The notes below the pieces were generated by a model that saw only the letters and a program-made list of their open reading frames with translations, had not been told where the DNA came from and made no database searches. Of a stretch of DNA of 52,931 nucleotides, positions 10,292-18,800 are shown piece by piece. Source of the DNA: Chthoniobacterales bacterium (GTDB lineage: Bacteria > Verrucomicrobiota > Verrucomicrobiia > Chthoniobacterales > JBDTJR01); contig JBDTJR010000010.1 in NCBI GenBank assembly GCA_039935735.1, positions 1 to 52,931 of the forward strand, read 5' to 3'. The translations under genes were made by a program, and so were the position numbers. Position 1 is the first letter of the stretch; each line of letters begins with the position of its first letter.

Positions 10292-10594
10292 ATGAACGAC
10301 GAAAAAAAATCTTCCGCGCCAAAACTGAAAGAACTCAAAGCCCGCGCCCAATTATTGAAGCCGTGCGTCTCCATCGGCAAAGCAGGATTGACGGATGCCG
10401 TGCTCGCCGCTCTCGATCATTCCCTTTCAAAGCATCTTCTTGTGAAGTTGAAGTTCGATGAATTCAAGGATCAGAAAAAGACTCTCGCACCTGAGATCGC
10501 GCTACGCACGAACAGCCAGTTGGTACAACGCGTCGGAAACACTGCTGTTTTTTATCGCGTCCGGCAAACTCCTGAAACTGACTCCGGAGAGTAA
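10292..10594 (+). CDS. yhbY: YhbY-like CRM-domain RNA-binding protein (ribosome assembly)
   Basis: 100 aa. LKARAQLLKPCVSIGKAGLTDAVLAALDHSLSKHLLVKLKF matches the YhbY/CRS1 pattern. Confidence 0.8.
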   Translation: MNDEKKSSAPKLKELKARAQLLKPCVSIGKAGLTDAVLAALDHSLSKHLLVKLKFDEFKDQKKTLAPEIALRTNSQLVQRVGNTAVFYRVRQTPETDSGE

Positions 10595-10596
10595 TT

Positions 10597-11106
10597 CTAG
10601 AACCCTTGCGAACTCGCAAGCCGCTGCAATTCCATCTGGAACGCAGTGACATCTTCCGCACTCGGACGATATCCCGGTGTGGACGGACTCAGCCCCAGCC
10701 TTCCCGTCTGATCGAGATACCAGTCGGAATTAACCCCATCGCTGAAAGTAACTTTTCCGCTGATCATGGAACCCGGTTTTGTAATGTGATCAATCGTCAC
10801 ACTCACGCCACTACCTTCCCCAGGAAGTGCTTCGCCCAGATCGCCCTCAGAGGATAAAGATTCCTCCTTCGACACGTCGGGCACCGTCACAGGCTCATTT
10901 ACTTCTTTTTCCACCGGAGTCAGGTTTAACTCCGCCATTAAAAGACGCGCCTCCATATAAGTCACAATGACTTGAAGCTCGGAGCGAAGACGGCTCTGCA
11001 CATCGGAAAGCGAGCTCCCTTCGGCAATCCATTTGGATACTATGGCTTTTTGTTCGTCAGTAAGATTCATGAGAGTTCGGAAAACGTAGCGGATCTCCGC
11101 CATCAT
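10597..11106 (-). CDS. Hypothetical protein (helical N-terminal module, acidic linker, beta-rich C-terminal module)
   Basis: Long ORF with no competing frame and no motif I recognise. Its stop lies 2 nt from the yhbY stop (convergent). The start could instead be the internal MNLTDEQK. Confidence 0.5.
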   Translation of the reverse strand: MMAEIRYVFRTLMNLTDEQKAIVSKWIAEGSSLSDVQSRLRSELQVIVTYMEARLLMAELNLTPVEKEVNEPVTVPDVSKEESLSSEGDLGEALPGEGSGVSVTIDHITKPGSMISGKVTFSDGVNSDWYLDQTGRLGLSPSTPGYRPSAEDVTAFQMELQRLASSQGF

Positions 11107-11153
11107 GCACGGAATAAACGGTTTTTCAATGATACCGCATACTATCCCTGTAC

Positions 11154-11184
11154 AAAAAAGCGCCGCCTGTTTCCAGACGGCGCT
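11154..11184 (-). terminator. Rho-independent terminator downstream of the 11209-11604 gene
   Basis: The minus strand reads AGCGCCGTCTG-GAAA-CAGGCGGCGCT followed by TTTTT: an 11-bp GC-rich stem (one G-U), GNRA tetraloop and T-tract. Confidence 0.7.
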
Positions 11185-11208
11185 TCGGGTTAAATGATAG
11201 ATAATCGA

Positions 11209-11604
11209 TTAATACCAGCCGGGACCAAATGAGCCCCAATCCATCGACTCAGACTCCGCATCAGACTCCGCGATGATTTCGTCATCAATCATGGATTGCT
11301 TCAAAGCCAATTTCTTGTAAGCCATGTAGTTCGAAGGTTTACCTGCGAAGACCACATTCTTGCTTGGATCGTAGTAAGTGTAGTAGGTCTTGCCATTCTT
11401 ATGACGCATTACCGTCTTGTAAGGAGGCATCTTGGTGACCATTGCCTGCTGCTTCGCAGACGTCACCTGGAACTGCTTGTATCCGGCAGCGGCGAGAAGA
11501 GATTCCTTGTTGTGAGAGTTGTCCTTGCGGATTGCAGTACAATTGCTCATGGCAATGGTAAGAATCGCGAGAATACAGAGCGTAGTAATTTTCTTTAGTG
11601 TCAT
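11209..11604 (-). CDS. Small secreted or lipoprotein-like hypothetical protein
   Basis: N-terminal hydrophobic signal ending AMSNC (lipobox-like), 131 aa, followed by the terminator above. Confidence 0.6.
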   Translation of the reverse strand: MTLKKITTLCILAILTIAMSNCTAIRKDNSHNKESLLAAAGYKQFQVTSAKQQAMVTKMPPYKTVMRHKNGKTYYTYYDPSKNVVFAGKPSNYMAYKKLALKQSMIDDEIIAESDAESESMDWGSFGPGWY

Positions 11605-11690
11605 TATGGGGTGATGGCTTGAATTCCGAGCCTATTAAGGAACCGATTTTCAGGCAAGCAACTTCCGCCGCGTAGCAAATTTTTTACAAA

Positions 11691-12464
11691 CTACCGCGTC
11701 CCCTGCTCCACAGTCTTCAGGGCCGCTTCCGCCTTACCGGAAAGATCCACATTCAGGAATTGTCGGTTCTTTGGCAGCACCATCTGCATGTCAGATAACG
11801 CATCCAATTCGATCCTGGCATTTTGGATCACGCAATCCAGCACATGCCCCCCCTTACTCTTGTCATCCGTGATAAAATGAAAGTGGTATCCCGGCACATT
11901 CATTCCGCTCACAAAAGGCGGACAGCGAAATCCCACCAGTGTCCCGCGGACATTGTGCAGCGTAAATTCACTCTGCGTCTTTACAATATCCACCAGTAGG
12001 CGATAAGGCGGTCTTTGTCGTTCCACACTTCGAAATTTAATCGTGGAGAAAGTTCCTGTTACCTTGATTGCATAAAAAAGATTTTTAGAAGAGATCATCC
12101 CATCAAGTGCCCTTTGCAGTTCCGCAAATGACTTCACCATTTCAAGACTGTGACGTTGCTGTGCATGAAAATTCGTCACCTCTGCAAAAGGTGTTTTCAT
12201 TCCCGCAGGAATAGGCACCACTTTTCCATTCGACAATGCCTGATAAAATCGACCGTCGACTGCGATCATCTCGCCATCCAGCGCATTCACCGTGCCGATA
12301 CCGAAGTCGCCATGCCTCCCAAGTTCCCCAAAAGTCATCGTCCCGTCATAGACTCCCTGCATCAGCGCGTTAATAGCTGATGCCTGAAACAAAATATCCC
12401 CGCCCCGCGCGATGGAAAATCCCAGAAAGACAAATAGAAGAACAAGTCCGCGATTAAATTTCAT
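11691..12464 (-). CDS. budA: Alpha-acetolactate decarboxylase with N-terminal signal peptide
   Basis: ALMQGVYDG, GDFGIGTVNALDGEMIAVDG.FYQ and GYHFHF are family signatures. Hydrophobic leader MKFNRGLVLLFVFLGFSIA. Confidence 0.85.
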   Translation of the reverse strand: MKFNRGLVLLFVFLGFSIARGGDILFQASAINALMQGVYDGTMTFGELGRHGDFGIGTVNALDGEMIAVDGRFYQALSNGKVVPIPAGMKTPFAEVTNFHAQQRHSLEMVKSFAELQRALDGMISSKNLFYAIKVTGTFSTIKFRSVERQRPPYRLLVDIVKTQSEFTLHNVRGTLVGFRCPPFVSGMNVPGYHFHFITDDKSKGGHVLDCVIQNARIELDALSDMQMVLPKNRQFLNVDLSGKAEAALKTVEQGTR

Positions 12465-12478
12465 CGGTTAAAAGAAGA

Positions 12479-13294
12479 TTAAATCGTTTCCCGTTTCTTA
12501 TGCGTCGCGACATAGGCCTCGAGCGATTCACGCGTGATTTTATGCTTCGCTCCGCATCGCGGACATCCTACACGGATCATTTCACCACCATCGAAGAGCG
12601 CATCAGGGTCCATGCGCATCGTCGCCGCAAGCACTTCCATGATTCGCTCCTGATTACATCCACACTCCCACCGGTAATGTCGTGTCTCGAGCAATCGGAG
12701 CGTTTCTTCCTGATCGATCCTTTTCATTTTTTCGACGTCCAGGGATTCAAACCACTCCAGGTCACAATCCGGCTGTGCCGTAATCATCACAAAGTCATCA
12801 TCCTCGAGGTGAAAATACCGCGTGGGCCGCTGCTCGCTTTGACGGCAAAACACCTCCACTGCGGCAAACACATCTTTCCCCTCAAAGTCCACCACACTCC
12901 GTCGCGGTTGATCACTTCCCTGCACCAGATCGGAATAAAATAAATTCTTCCCCGCACATTTCACATCCTGTTCAAAAAGATTTCCCGTCACCGTACTCGC
13001 AGGATTGTTACCCGTGACAAATAAATTCAAAAGCGGATCTTCGAAATGGATCGTCCATGCCGCGATCTCATTCCAGGGCTTCGACGCGCTGTGCAGCGTG
13101 ACGGCGGCAACCGCGTCCTTCAGCATCGTATCCATCGCAGGCTCAGGTCGCATCTGATACTGAGCGAGGTGAAGATAATAATCCACATACAGATCGGTAA
13201 AATCCGCACGGGCGATCAGCGCATTTCGATTCCGCACGAAATACGTCCGCACCGCCAGTCCCTCCACCTCCGGGATTTCATCAGTATCACTCAT
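12479..13294 (-). CDS. hslO: Hsp33-family redox-regulated chaperone
   Basis: C-terminal zinc/redox switch CGC...CPRC (WECGCNQERI...VGCPRCGAKH) and Hsp33-like length. Confidence 0.85.
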   Translation of the reverse strand: MSDTDEIPEVEGLAVRTYFVRNRNALIARADFTDLYVDYYLHLAQYQMRPEPAMDTMLKDAVAAVTLHSASKPWNEIAAWTIHFEDPLLNLFVTGNNPASTVTGNLFEQDVKCAGKNLFYSDLVQGSDQPRRSVVDFEGKDVFAAVEVFCRQSEQRPTRYFHLEDDDFVMITAQPDCDLEWFESLDVEKMKRIDQEETLRLLETRHYRWECGCNQERIMEVLAATMRMDPDALFDGGEMIRVGCPRCGAKHKITRESLEAYVATHKKRETI

Positions 13295-13308
13295 GGGACT
13301 ATTCTATA

Positions 13309-13327
13309 TGATTTTGTCTCAAATTCA
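13309..13327. promoter_or_regulatory. Imperfect 19-bp palindrome in the hslO/mbfA divergent intergenic region (candidate metalloregulator operator)
   Basis: TGATTTTG-TCT-CAAATTCA, 14 of 19 positions self-complementary and AT-rich, lying 15 nt upstream of the hslO ATG. Confidence 0.25.
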
Positions 13328-13416
13328 ATCCAGTCTTGCCGCGTTCAAGAAAATGCTTACTTGTCTTCGGCATATCCCGTATCGACAAGTCAGCGGAAAT
13401 ATTGTTAGAAAACGCC

Positions 13417-14376
13417 ATGAAGAAGGCCTTTCGGGATCTGAGCGAACAGGAGATCCTCGCCCTTGCCATTGGCTCGGAAGAAGATGATGCCCGTATTTAT
13501 GCCGATATCGCGGCGGGTTTAAAAAAAGACTTCCCACACTCGGCAGCTGTCTTTGAGCAGATGCAGGCTGAGGAATCCACACATCGCCATCGTCTGCTGG
13601 ACCTTTACCAGCAAAAATTTGGCGACCACATTCCCCTCATCCGCCGCGACGACGTCAAAGGTTTCATCCAGCGCAAACCCATCTGGCTCTTTAGCCCCCT
13701 TCGTCTCGAAGCCGTTCGCTCTCTCGCGGAGCAGATGGAGATCGAAACCCAGCATTTCTATGTAAAAGCTGCCACCAGGTCCACCGACCCCGAAGTCCGT
13801 AAGCTCCTCGGCGATCTTGCAGAGGCAGAAAAAAACCACGCCGATCTTGCCGAGCATCTGACCGAGTCCAATCTCACCGACTCTGTGAAGCAGGAGGAGG
13901 ACCGCACCCGTAAGCGCCTCATAGTTCTCCAAATCATCCAACCCGCGCTCGCAGGTCTCATGGATGGTTCGGTTTCCACCCTTGCCCCCTTGTTTGCCGC
14001 AGCACTCGCCACCCATAGCAGCGGAGACGCCTTTCGTGTCGGCCTCGCCGCGTCAGCCGGTGCCGGTATCAGTATGGGATTTGCCGAAGCGCTTTCCGAT
14101 GACGGCAGCCTCAGCGGCCGTGGCCAGCCATGGATTCGCGGCACGGTTTGCGGAGCCATGACGGCTCTTGGCGGTTTGGGCCACACCCTTCCTTTTCTGC
14201 TTCCGAATTTCCATGCAGCCCTCGTAGCCGCTATCGCAGTAGTGGTCGTCGAACTGGCCATTATTTCCTGGATTCGGCATCATTATATGGACACGCCTTG
14301 GGTCTCAGCCAGCCTTCAGGTCGGGCTGGGAGGGGCTCTGGTCTTCGCCGCCGGGCTCTGGATCGGAAGCGCCTAA
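13417..14376 (+). CDS. mbfA: Erythrin (ferritin-like) - VIT1/CCC1 fusion, membrane-bound iron exporter
   Basis: N-terminal rubrerythrin-like ExxH pairs ([18 protein letters not shown]) plus C-terminal VIT1-type TM segments. I prefer ATG 13417 ([24 protein letters not shown]) over the track's TTG at 13336. Confidence 0.8.
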   Translation: MKKAFRDLSEQEILALAIGSEEDDARIYADIAAGLKKDFPHSAAVFEQMQAEESTHRHRLLDLYQQKFGDHIPLIRRDDVKGFIQRKPIWLFSPLRLEAVRSLAEQMEIETQHFYVKAATRSTDPEVRKLLGDLAEAEKNHADLAEHLTESNLTDSVKQEEDRTRKRLIVLQIIQPALAGLMDGSVSTLAPLFAAALATHSSGDAFRVGLAASAGAGISMGFAEALSDDGSLSGRGQPWIRGTVCGAMTALGGLGHTLPFLLPNFHAALVAAIAVVVVELAIISWIRHHYMDTPWVSASLQVGLGGALVFAAGLWIGSA

Positions 14377-14453
14377 AAAGCTTCGCAAAGAATTTTGAGG
14401 CTTGGCCTTCTTTTAAAGTGAAACTCCCGTCCGTTCTGCTTTAGAATATCGCC

Positions 14454-15818
14454 ATGCCGCGTTTCCTCCGCCTCCTTTTGATCGCGGGAGGAATTATTGC
14501 CTTTCATGCCACCTCGTATGGCAATGTAGAAAAAATCACCGCACAATTAAATGCGGCGACAACCGAGAAGGATCTTTATTCTCAAATTGAACTCCTTCGT
14601 CGCCTGCTCGATGAAAAACCGGGAAACGGCGAAGCCCATCAGAGACTCGTTCATCTTTGGGTGAAAGTTTCCGATTACACAATGGCTGAAGACGCACTCG
14701 CGCACTGGCCAAACGCACCGAAAGATTTGACCGCTCGCGTTCATGCAATGACTCTCTACTATCGTGATGATAATCTTGAGGGGGCAATCCAGACCCTGAA
14801 TGATTATCTCAAGACATCGCCAAAAGATGAGCTGACCTTAAAGGATCTCGTCAAATACCTTGCTTCCGCAAAACAATGGCAGGCACAGATCAAGGCGCTG
14901 GATACCCTTATCGTCATGCAACCCACTGCGGAACGCCTCCTGACACGTGCCAACGCGAAACGCGCGCTTCAGGATTACACCGGCGCATTAAGTGATGCTT
15001 TTGCGGCTCAATATCTCGATCCCGAATCCAGCCCCGTTAAGTCGGCAATGCCAGCGTATGAACGTCTCAATACGGCCCTCAAAGCGATCCAGTCCCTCAC
15101 CGCAAACCTGCAGGCAAATCCCAACGATTTGAAATCCCTTCTAATCCGTGCCGGTTACTATCAATACGGTGGAATGCCTGAACTCGCGCTTCAGGATGCG
15201 GACGCCGCACTGAAGATTGCGCCAAACTCCGACTACGCGAAAATTATCAAGGCACGTTCTTTATATGCGATAGGCAAAATCGATTACTCCGGCGCGATGC
15301 ATGACTACAAGGTGGATATCAATAAATCCGATGAGAAAAATGCGGTCTCCACAGCCATCATCGAATGCGACATCGCTCTCGCTAAAGATCCAAAAAATAC
15401 AGGTAAACTTCAGATGCGCGCTTTTCTTTTAAATGACGATATCGGCCAGTATGCCATGGCTCTCGAAAGCGCAAAAATGGCATTGCAAATCGATCCTCAC
15501 TTTTCTCCCGCGATGCTCGAGGCCCTCTACGCTACGACGATGCTTCGAAATTTCGAGGGTGCCAAAACATGGCTCCGCGAACTTCAGGACCAGAAGGCAT
15601 CTCCCAAAATACTGGCCCGCGCCCTCTCCATCATGGCGAATATGTATTTCAAAAATACTAATTACGCGCTCGCACTCGAATTCGCCGACCAGTCCTTAAA
15701 GCGGGAAGAGTTACGTGAAACTCTCCTTCTTAAAGCCTCATGTCTACAGCGTCTCGGACGACAAAAGGACGCCGAAGCAATTCTGAAACGTGCCGCGGCA
15801 CTTAAGGAGAAAAAATGA
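14454..15818 (+). CDS. Secreted TPR-repeat protein
   Basis: Signal peptide followed by repeated 34-aa A/L/Y-rich TPR-like units. Its stop overlaps the next start as ATGA (15815-15818). Confidence 0.7.
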   Translation: MPRFLRLLLIAGGIIAFHATSYGNVEKITAQLNAATTEKDLYSQIELLRRLLDEKPGNGEAHQRLVHLWVKVSDYTMAEDALAHWPNAPKDLTARVHAMTLYYRDDNLEGAIQTLNDYLKTSPKDELTLKDLVKYLASAKQWQAQIKALDTLIVMQPTAERLLTRANAKRALQDYTGALSDAFAAQYLDPESSPVKSAMPAYERLNTALKAIQSLTANLQANPNDLKSLLIRAGYYQYGGMPELALQDADAALKIAPNSDYAKIIKARSLYAIGKIDYSGAMHDYKVDINKSDEKNAVSTAIIECDIALAKDPKNTGKLQMRAFLLNDDIGQYAMALESAKMALQIDPHFSPAMLEALYATTMLRNFEGAKTWLRELQDQKASPKILARALSIMANMYFKNTNYALALEFADQSLKREELRETLLLKASCLQRLGRQKDAEAILKRAAALKEKK

Positions 15819-18800
15819 AAACGCGCACTCTTATTTTTTGTTTTCTCCTCGCATTCACTTTCTCCGCCGCGTCGATGACGCGCCCTCCGGTGAAACCTTC
15901 CGTTGCTTCGGACGAGAGTCCATCGACAACTACAACACTCCAGATTCCGGATGACACGCGCGCTTTTGTAAATAAGCCGGACGGCGCAGGAGTCAAAGTG
16001 GATTCCACTACAAATACGCTCAATGGAGAAACTCGCATCACGATCATTTTCCCAACGGACATGGTAAATCCGGATCAGATCGATTCGGAAACCGCCGCGT
16101 CTCCCATTGTCACATGGCCGAATCTCGACGCTACATTCATCTGGCGTACTCCCTCCCAGGGAGAGTGGGCAGTAAAAGGGCCATTCATTCCCAATCAGAA
16201 TTACCGCCTTCGTTTACGCGAGGATTTAAAGGACGCGGAGGGAAAGCCCCTGCCGACAAACGCATGGGGCATGGAACTTCACACAGACCCGATTAATGTG
16301 ATTTGTAATTATGATGAGCACGAGCATCTCAGCGCCCAGCCTCAGGTTTCTCTTGAGTTTAGCTACCAGGTGCGTCCCGACGCCTCGGCGAAAGACATCT
16401 GGTTCCAGAATCGCGCCACTCGCCAAAAATATCCTGCTGAGATTCTTCTAAATCATGCCTCGGAAACAGCGACCGATGTCGTCGATGTTCACCTTCCCGA
16501 AATGCCTGCGTTGGATGGTTTCCGCGTTCGTCCACGCGAGACATTACCCGTTAATGCGACCTATGACCTGATCGTTGAAAATGTGCGCGATGCTTACTCG
16601 GGCCGTGGGCTGGTCTACCCTCGTGTGTTTCCTCTTGGCACAACGCGACCGCTGACAATCGATTATGTTGCCGCTCGAAACTGGCCTACAGACAAGCCGC
16701 ATATCGAAGCGAAATTTAATACCTCACTTGATAACAATCTTCCGGCGAATGCGGTTACGGTTACGCCATCCGTTCCCAATCTGCGACTGCATACCGAAGG
16801 AGCAGACCTTATGATCGAAGGAGACTTCGATACGGCTCAACATTACCGCATCATTCTCTCGGATAAAATCCGCGATGACCGTGGTTATACCATGGAGAAA
16901 TCCTCTTCATGGGGAGCGACTTTTCATGCAAAGGATGCCACCATTCTTTTCCCCGAACGGGACATCATCCGCCAGCGCTCGCTGCTGGGCCTTCGCTTTG
17001 CACTTCTCCAGGCAAACACAGGCCCGATCACATGGAAACTGGCACGCATCCCGCTTAATAAGTTTTCTGAAATTTCTGAAGATCGGAGAAAAGCCCCCCC
17101 CCCTGCGCTCCTGATTAAGAAATATGCGCTCGAAATCGTAGGTCAGGGAAACATCCCCGCATCGGGACAGGATAAGGAAATCGTGCGTCCCATCGAATGG
17201 AAGCCGACAGACAACACCATGTTGACAGGCCCCTACTTACTGGAAGCCTCATCAACGAATGCCGATGGCGATGTTATCGGTAATAATATCTTCACTTTCT
17301 TCAATGAGGTCGTCTTTACGCAAAAATCGACACCGACAAAAACGATCCTCCGCCTCGCAAACATGGGCGACGCAAAACCGATTCCAGGTGTGACCGTCCA
17401 TGCCATATCCCGCGATGAAAAGGAACTCGCCACTGCTGCTACGGATATAAATGGGAGCGTCGAGTTTTCCACATTGGCCCTTGCAGGCGTTGCTTATTAT
17501 TTGGCGGACACTCCCGGAACTCCTGCAATCGCTTCCGCACAGACAAATAGCGCCTTCTCCTCAGGCTCGACTTATCAATCACCTCGCCCATCTATCCTTG
17601 GAAAAATCATCACAGATCGCCCTCTTTACCGCCCTTCGCATGAGATTAAGATCAAGGGGATATTTCGTGAGAAAACGGAAACCGGTTTAAAATGCCTTCC
17701 CGCAGGTACGATCGTCTCATGGGAAATCGCCAGTACCATGGAAAATGAAATTCTCACGAGTGGAACGGCGAAGCTAAACGCCCTCGGCGCATGGGATGCT
17801 GCATGGAAGGTGCCTCCTCAGGGCAAGTTGGGAGGCTATCAGGTACGCTGTAAAATCAATGATGCTTACGTCGGTGACCCAGCCGACTTCCGCATTGAAG
17901 AATACAGTCCTCCCGCATTTTCCGTTGTCTGTGAGCCAAAGACAGATACGCCCTCCGGTGAAGCATCCATCGTTGTTTCCTCCCAATACTTCCATGGCGC
18001 GCCGAATGTCGGCAGTAAGGTCGTATGGAAGGCTACGTGGACAAGCGATCACGATGGAGAAATGATTACCATATCCAATCCTGAAGAATTCCGGGAAATG
18101 GATCTACTTTCGCAAAATGTTAAAGCCGTAGTTTACGAATCGGAATGTGAGGGAGAAACCATCCTCGATGACAAAGGCAGCGTCACTCTGACCTGTAAGC
18201 CGCCTTTTAAAGATCCTGGCAACCGTGCGCACTGCACCGTGCTATGGGAAGCGAATATCACCGGCCCCGATGGCCAAACCATAACAGGTGGCATCAGTCA
18301 GAATATCACGATGAATGATATTACCCTCGGAGTGAAGGCAGATCACCATTCCGGCAAAAAAGATATCGCCTTTGATATTCAAGCGATTCCCTTTACACCC
18401 ACGACCGCAGTTCCCGAAAAAGTACGTGCCGAACTTTTCCTTGTTCGTACAAAATCGGTTAAGGAACGCATTGCTCCCTTTATCTATCGCTTCCGCAATA
18501 CGGATGAATTCATAAGCATTGAGAAAAAGGATATTCCTGCCAATGGCCATCTGGTCTTTAGTCCAAAAGAACCCGGTCGCTACATTCTCCAGGTTTCGCC
18601 CTTGTCGGGTCAGTCAGGAATTCCTGTCACCGATGAAATTTACCTCTCGGGAACCGGCGAGGCTGAAGTCGCCGTGCAAAACGATGACACCCTTGAAGTA
18701 AAACCTCTGCATGATGGAGACTCTTTCCCAAGCGGACAGACCGCCGCCTTCCAGGTTCTTTCACCGAGTGGAGGCGTTGCATGGGTTACGGTAGAAACGG

